Shown here in pieces: positions 60,168-61,891 of a stretch of 61,891 nucleotides of DNA; the stretch's first letter is position 1; each line of letters starts with the position of its first letter. Location: NCBI GenBank assembly GCA_031423775.1, contig JANPGF010000057.1, forward strand, positions 1 through 61,891, in the 5' to 3' direction. Source of the stretch: Candidatus Kaiserbacteria bacterium (GTDB lineage Bacteria > Patescibacteriota > Minisyncoccia > Phycocordibacterales > UBA918). The notes beneath the pieces were generated by a model. The model was not told the DNA's origin and did not search any database. It saw only the letters and a list, made by a program, of their open reading frames with translations. Made by a program: the position numbers and the translations under genes.

Positions 60168-61891
60168 ATGCGTACCTCACTATCACATCGATTTCGTATC
60201 GCAGTAACAGCCATTCTGTTGCTGGTTTCGGTGTTTAGTGTGTGTGTACTGCCAGCGCGAGCGCAGCAGTTTACCCAGACTATCAACTATCAGGGTAAAC
60301 TGGTAAACGCGAGTTCAGTTGCTGTGGCAGACGGCACAACAACCATGACGTTCAAGCTCTACACGGCTGCTACTGGTGGTACTATCCTATGGACCGAGAC
60401 GCAAGCTGCCACCACTACCAGCGGTTTATTCTCAGTGATGCTTGGTGCCTCTACCACGCTCGCAACTGTTAACTTCAACCAACCGTTGTATCTCGGAGTG
60501 ACAGTAGGCGCTGATAGTGAAATGTCTCCACGTAAGATACTCGGGACAGTGCCAGCTGCCTTTGAAGCAAAAAATTCTCAAACAGTCGGGGGAGTGGCAT
60601 CAACGTCACTTGTCCGTTCAGATGTGGCAGGAAGCATTTCAGCGTCGTCAACCGCTTCGGCGCTCATGAGTTTTATACAACCTGGCCCGGGGAAATTGTT
60701 CACGCTCTTTAGTGGAGCGATTGAAGCTTTTACCGTTGGAAATACTGGTAACGTTGGTATCGGGAGTACTACACCAAATACAAAATTGAGTGTTGCTGGT
60801 GCTGGCTTCTTTGGCGGTAACCTGACAGCAACTGGTACTCTGGCCATAACTGGCACCTCAACCTTCGCCACCACGACAGCTGCATCTAGTACTATTGGGA
60901 CGTTGAATCTTGGTACGGCACTCAATCCAATTTTTGGTGGTACGGGACTTTCGTCAATTACGCCAAACCAACTTTTGATTGGTGGAGCAAATAATACGTG
61001 GAATCAAACCGCAACCAGTGCACTGGGCATTGCGCTGTCTGATACCAATGGAACACTGGCCCCGACTCGAGGTGGTACCGGTTTGGCAACCTATACTGCC
61101 GGTGATTTGATTTACGGCTCTGGTGTAAATACACTCAGTGCCCGCGCCATTGGTGGTACGGGGCAGGTATTGCAGGTGGTCGCTGGATTGCCAACCTGGG
61201 TAGCGACATCCTCACTTGGACTCTTGGGCGGAGCAGTAACAGGCATTGGTCCTGTTGGACAGATTCAAAGTGGATCAACTATTACGCTTGCTACATCAAC
61301 TGGGTCCTTTAACGGTTTGACACTGGCAGAAACAATTACCGCTACTGGTAATACTATTACGTATACTCCTTCTATTACGGGTACTCTGGGTAATGCTGGT
61401 TTAACAAATTCTACGGTGGCATTTGCTACCGGTACCAGTGGGGCCGATATTAACTGGGCTGCTTCACCGGTGTCTTTGGGTGGTACCGCAACGCTCAATA
61501 TTCCAACTGCCGGCGCGAGTGCGCGCGGTTTGCTCGCCACTGCCGACTGGTCACTTTTCAATAATAAAATCTCAACTAGTTCTATCGACACCATTAGCGA
61601 ACTGGATACTTTGATAACTGATGTTACTGGGGTTACTGGTTCTGGCGCGTTTGTACTTTCTACAAGTTCTATTCTCCAGGCAGTTACACTAACAGGCCTC
61701 ACTACCGTTACCGGAACTTCTACATTTGCAACGAGTTCATTTGCTGGTCCCATCTTCGCCTCCTCAACCCTCGGCGTCACCGGCCAAACCAATCTCTTCG
61801 GCCACGCCATCCTCACCAGTGCCACCCTCGCCTCAACTTCTATCGCTCGAATGATGGTCGGTACCTCAACCACCGCCATCACCGGCCTTAC
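60168..61891 (+). CDS. Secreted Thr/Gly/Ser/Ala-rich surface (tail-fibre-like) protein, 3' end beyond window; absent from ORF track
   Basis: Own translation with no stop from ATG 60168 to the window end (574 codons). Signal peptide MRTSLSHRFRIAVTAILLLVSVFSVCVLPARA|QQ. It continues INYQGKLVNASS...MTFKLYTAATGGTILWTE...LYLGVTVG...SPRKILGTVPAAFEA, followed by repeats of GGTGL..T.G.L. Confidence 0.8.
   Translation, partial: MRTSLSHRFRIAVTAILLLVSVFSVCVLPARAQQFTQTINYQGKLVNASSVAVADGTTTMTFKLYTAATGGTILWTETQAATTTSGLFSVMLGASTTLATVNFNQPLYLGVTVGADSEMSPRKILGTVPAAFEAKNSQTVGGVASTSLVRSDVAGSISASSTASALMSFIQPGPGKLFTLFSGAIEAFTVGNTGNVGIGSTTPNTKLSVAGAGFFGGNLTATGTLAITGTSTFATTTAASSTIGTLNLGTALNPIFGGTGLSSITPNQLLIGGANNTWNQTATSALGIALSDTNGTLAPTRGGTGLATYTAGDLIYGSGVNTLSARAIGGTGQVLQVVAGLPTWVATSSLGLLGGAVTGIGPVGQIQSGSTITLATSTGSFNGLTLAETITATGNTITYTPSITGTLGNAGLTNSTVAFATGTSGADINWAASPVSLGGTATLNIPTAGASARGLLATADWSLFNNKISTSSIDTISELDTLITDVTGVTGSGAFVLSTSSILQAVTLTGLTTVTGTSTFATSSFAGPIFASSTLGVTGQTNLFGHAILTSATLASTSIARMMVGTSTTAITGL

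Noticed and set aside
60578-61882. Minus-strand ORFs 60578-60925 and 61265-61882.
   Set aside because: They lie antisense to an uninterrupted 574-codon + strand ORF with a signal peptide and recognisable surface-protein modules. Their low-complexity Val/Pro/Ala composition is typical of shadow frames.

Overview
This 61.9-kb chromosomal window is almost fully coding. I infer a small-genome, peptidoglycan-containing bacterium of the Patescibacteria/CPR type. The grounds are a compact 315-aa MetK, a short Obg, many starts without a Shine-Dalgarno, an O-antigen-ligase+TPR protein, and HTH+TM proteins beside a large Thr/Gly-rich surface protein. This taxonomy is inference only. Housekeeping genes sit at both edges: murC 3' end, SAM-I riboswitch + metK and rsmI on the left; murB, secA, obg and gatB on the right. 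They flank a roughly 40-kb cell-surface glycan super-cluster (about 9.5-50.2 kb). The cluster holds about nine GT-B/GT4-type glycosyltransferases and a GT9 heptosyltransferase-like gene. It has a complete but unusually fused ADP-heptose pathway (gmhA, stand-alone kinase, nucleotidyltransferase-GmhB fusion). It also has an OafA-type acyltransferase-SGNH protein, five methyltransferases (2 FkbM, 2 class I, 1 TylF), a sulfotransferase-like gene, a Wzx-like flippase and an O-antigen-ligase-like protein. A nonulosonic/ulosonic-acid module is present: NeuB-like synthase fused to a cupin, CMP-sugar synthetase, Gfo/Idh/MocA oxidoreductase and HAD phosphatase. The most unexpected feature is a two-subunit ATP-citrate lyase operon (aclB-aclA) embedded antisense inside that module. 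Other notable points follow. There is an L,D-transpeptidase/DD-carboxypeptidase fusion. There is an orphan VirD4/TraD-like ATPase with a (Pro-Thr)14 tail. Two families of repeated intergenic hairpin elements show compensatory base changes, and one forms composite loci at about 4.2-5.3 kb and 55.3-55.6 kb. A 52-aa Lys/Ala-rich histone-H1-like gene and a secreted surface-protein ORF of at least 574 aa running off the 3' end are both absent from the ORF track. I recognised no tRNA, rRNA, CRISPR array, transposase or integrase. All coordinates of hairpins, promoters and alternative starts were derived by eye.
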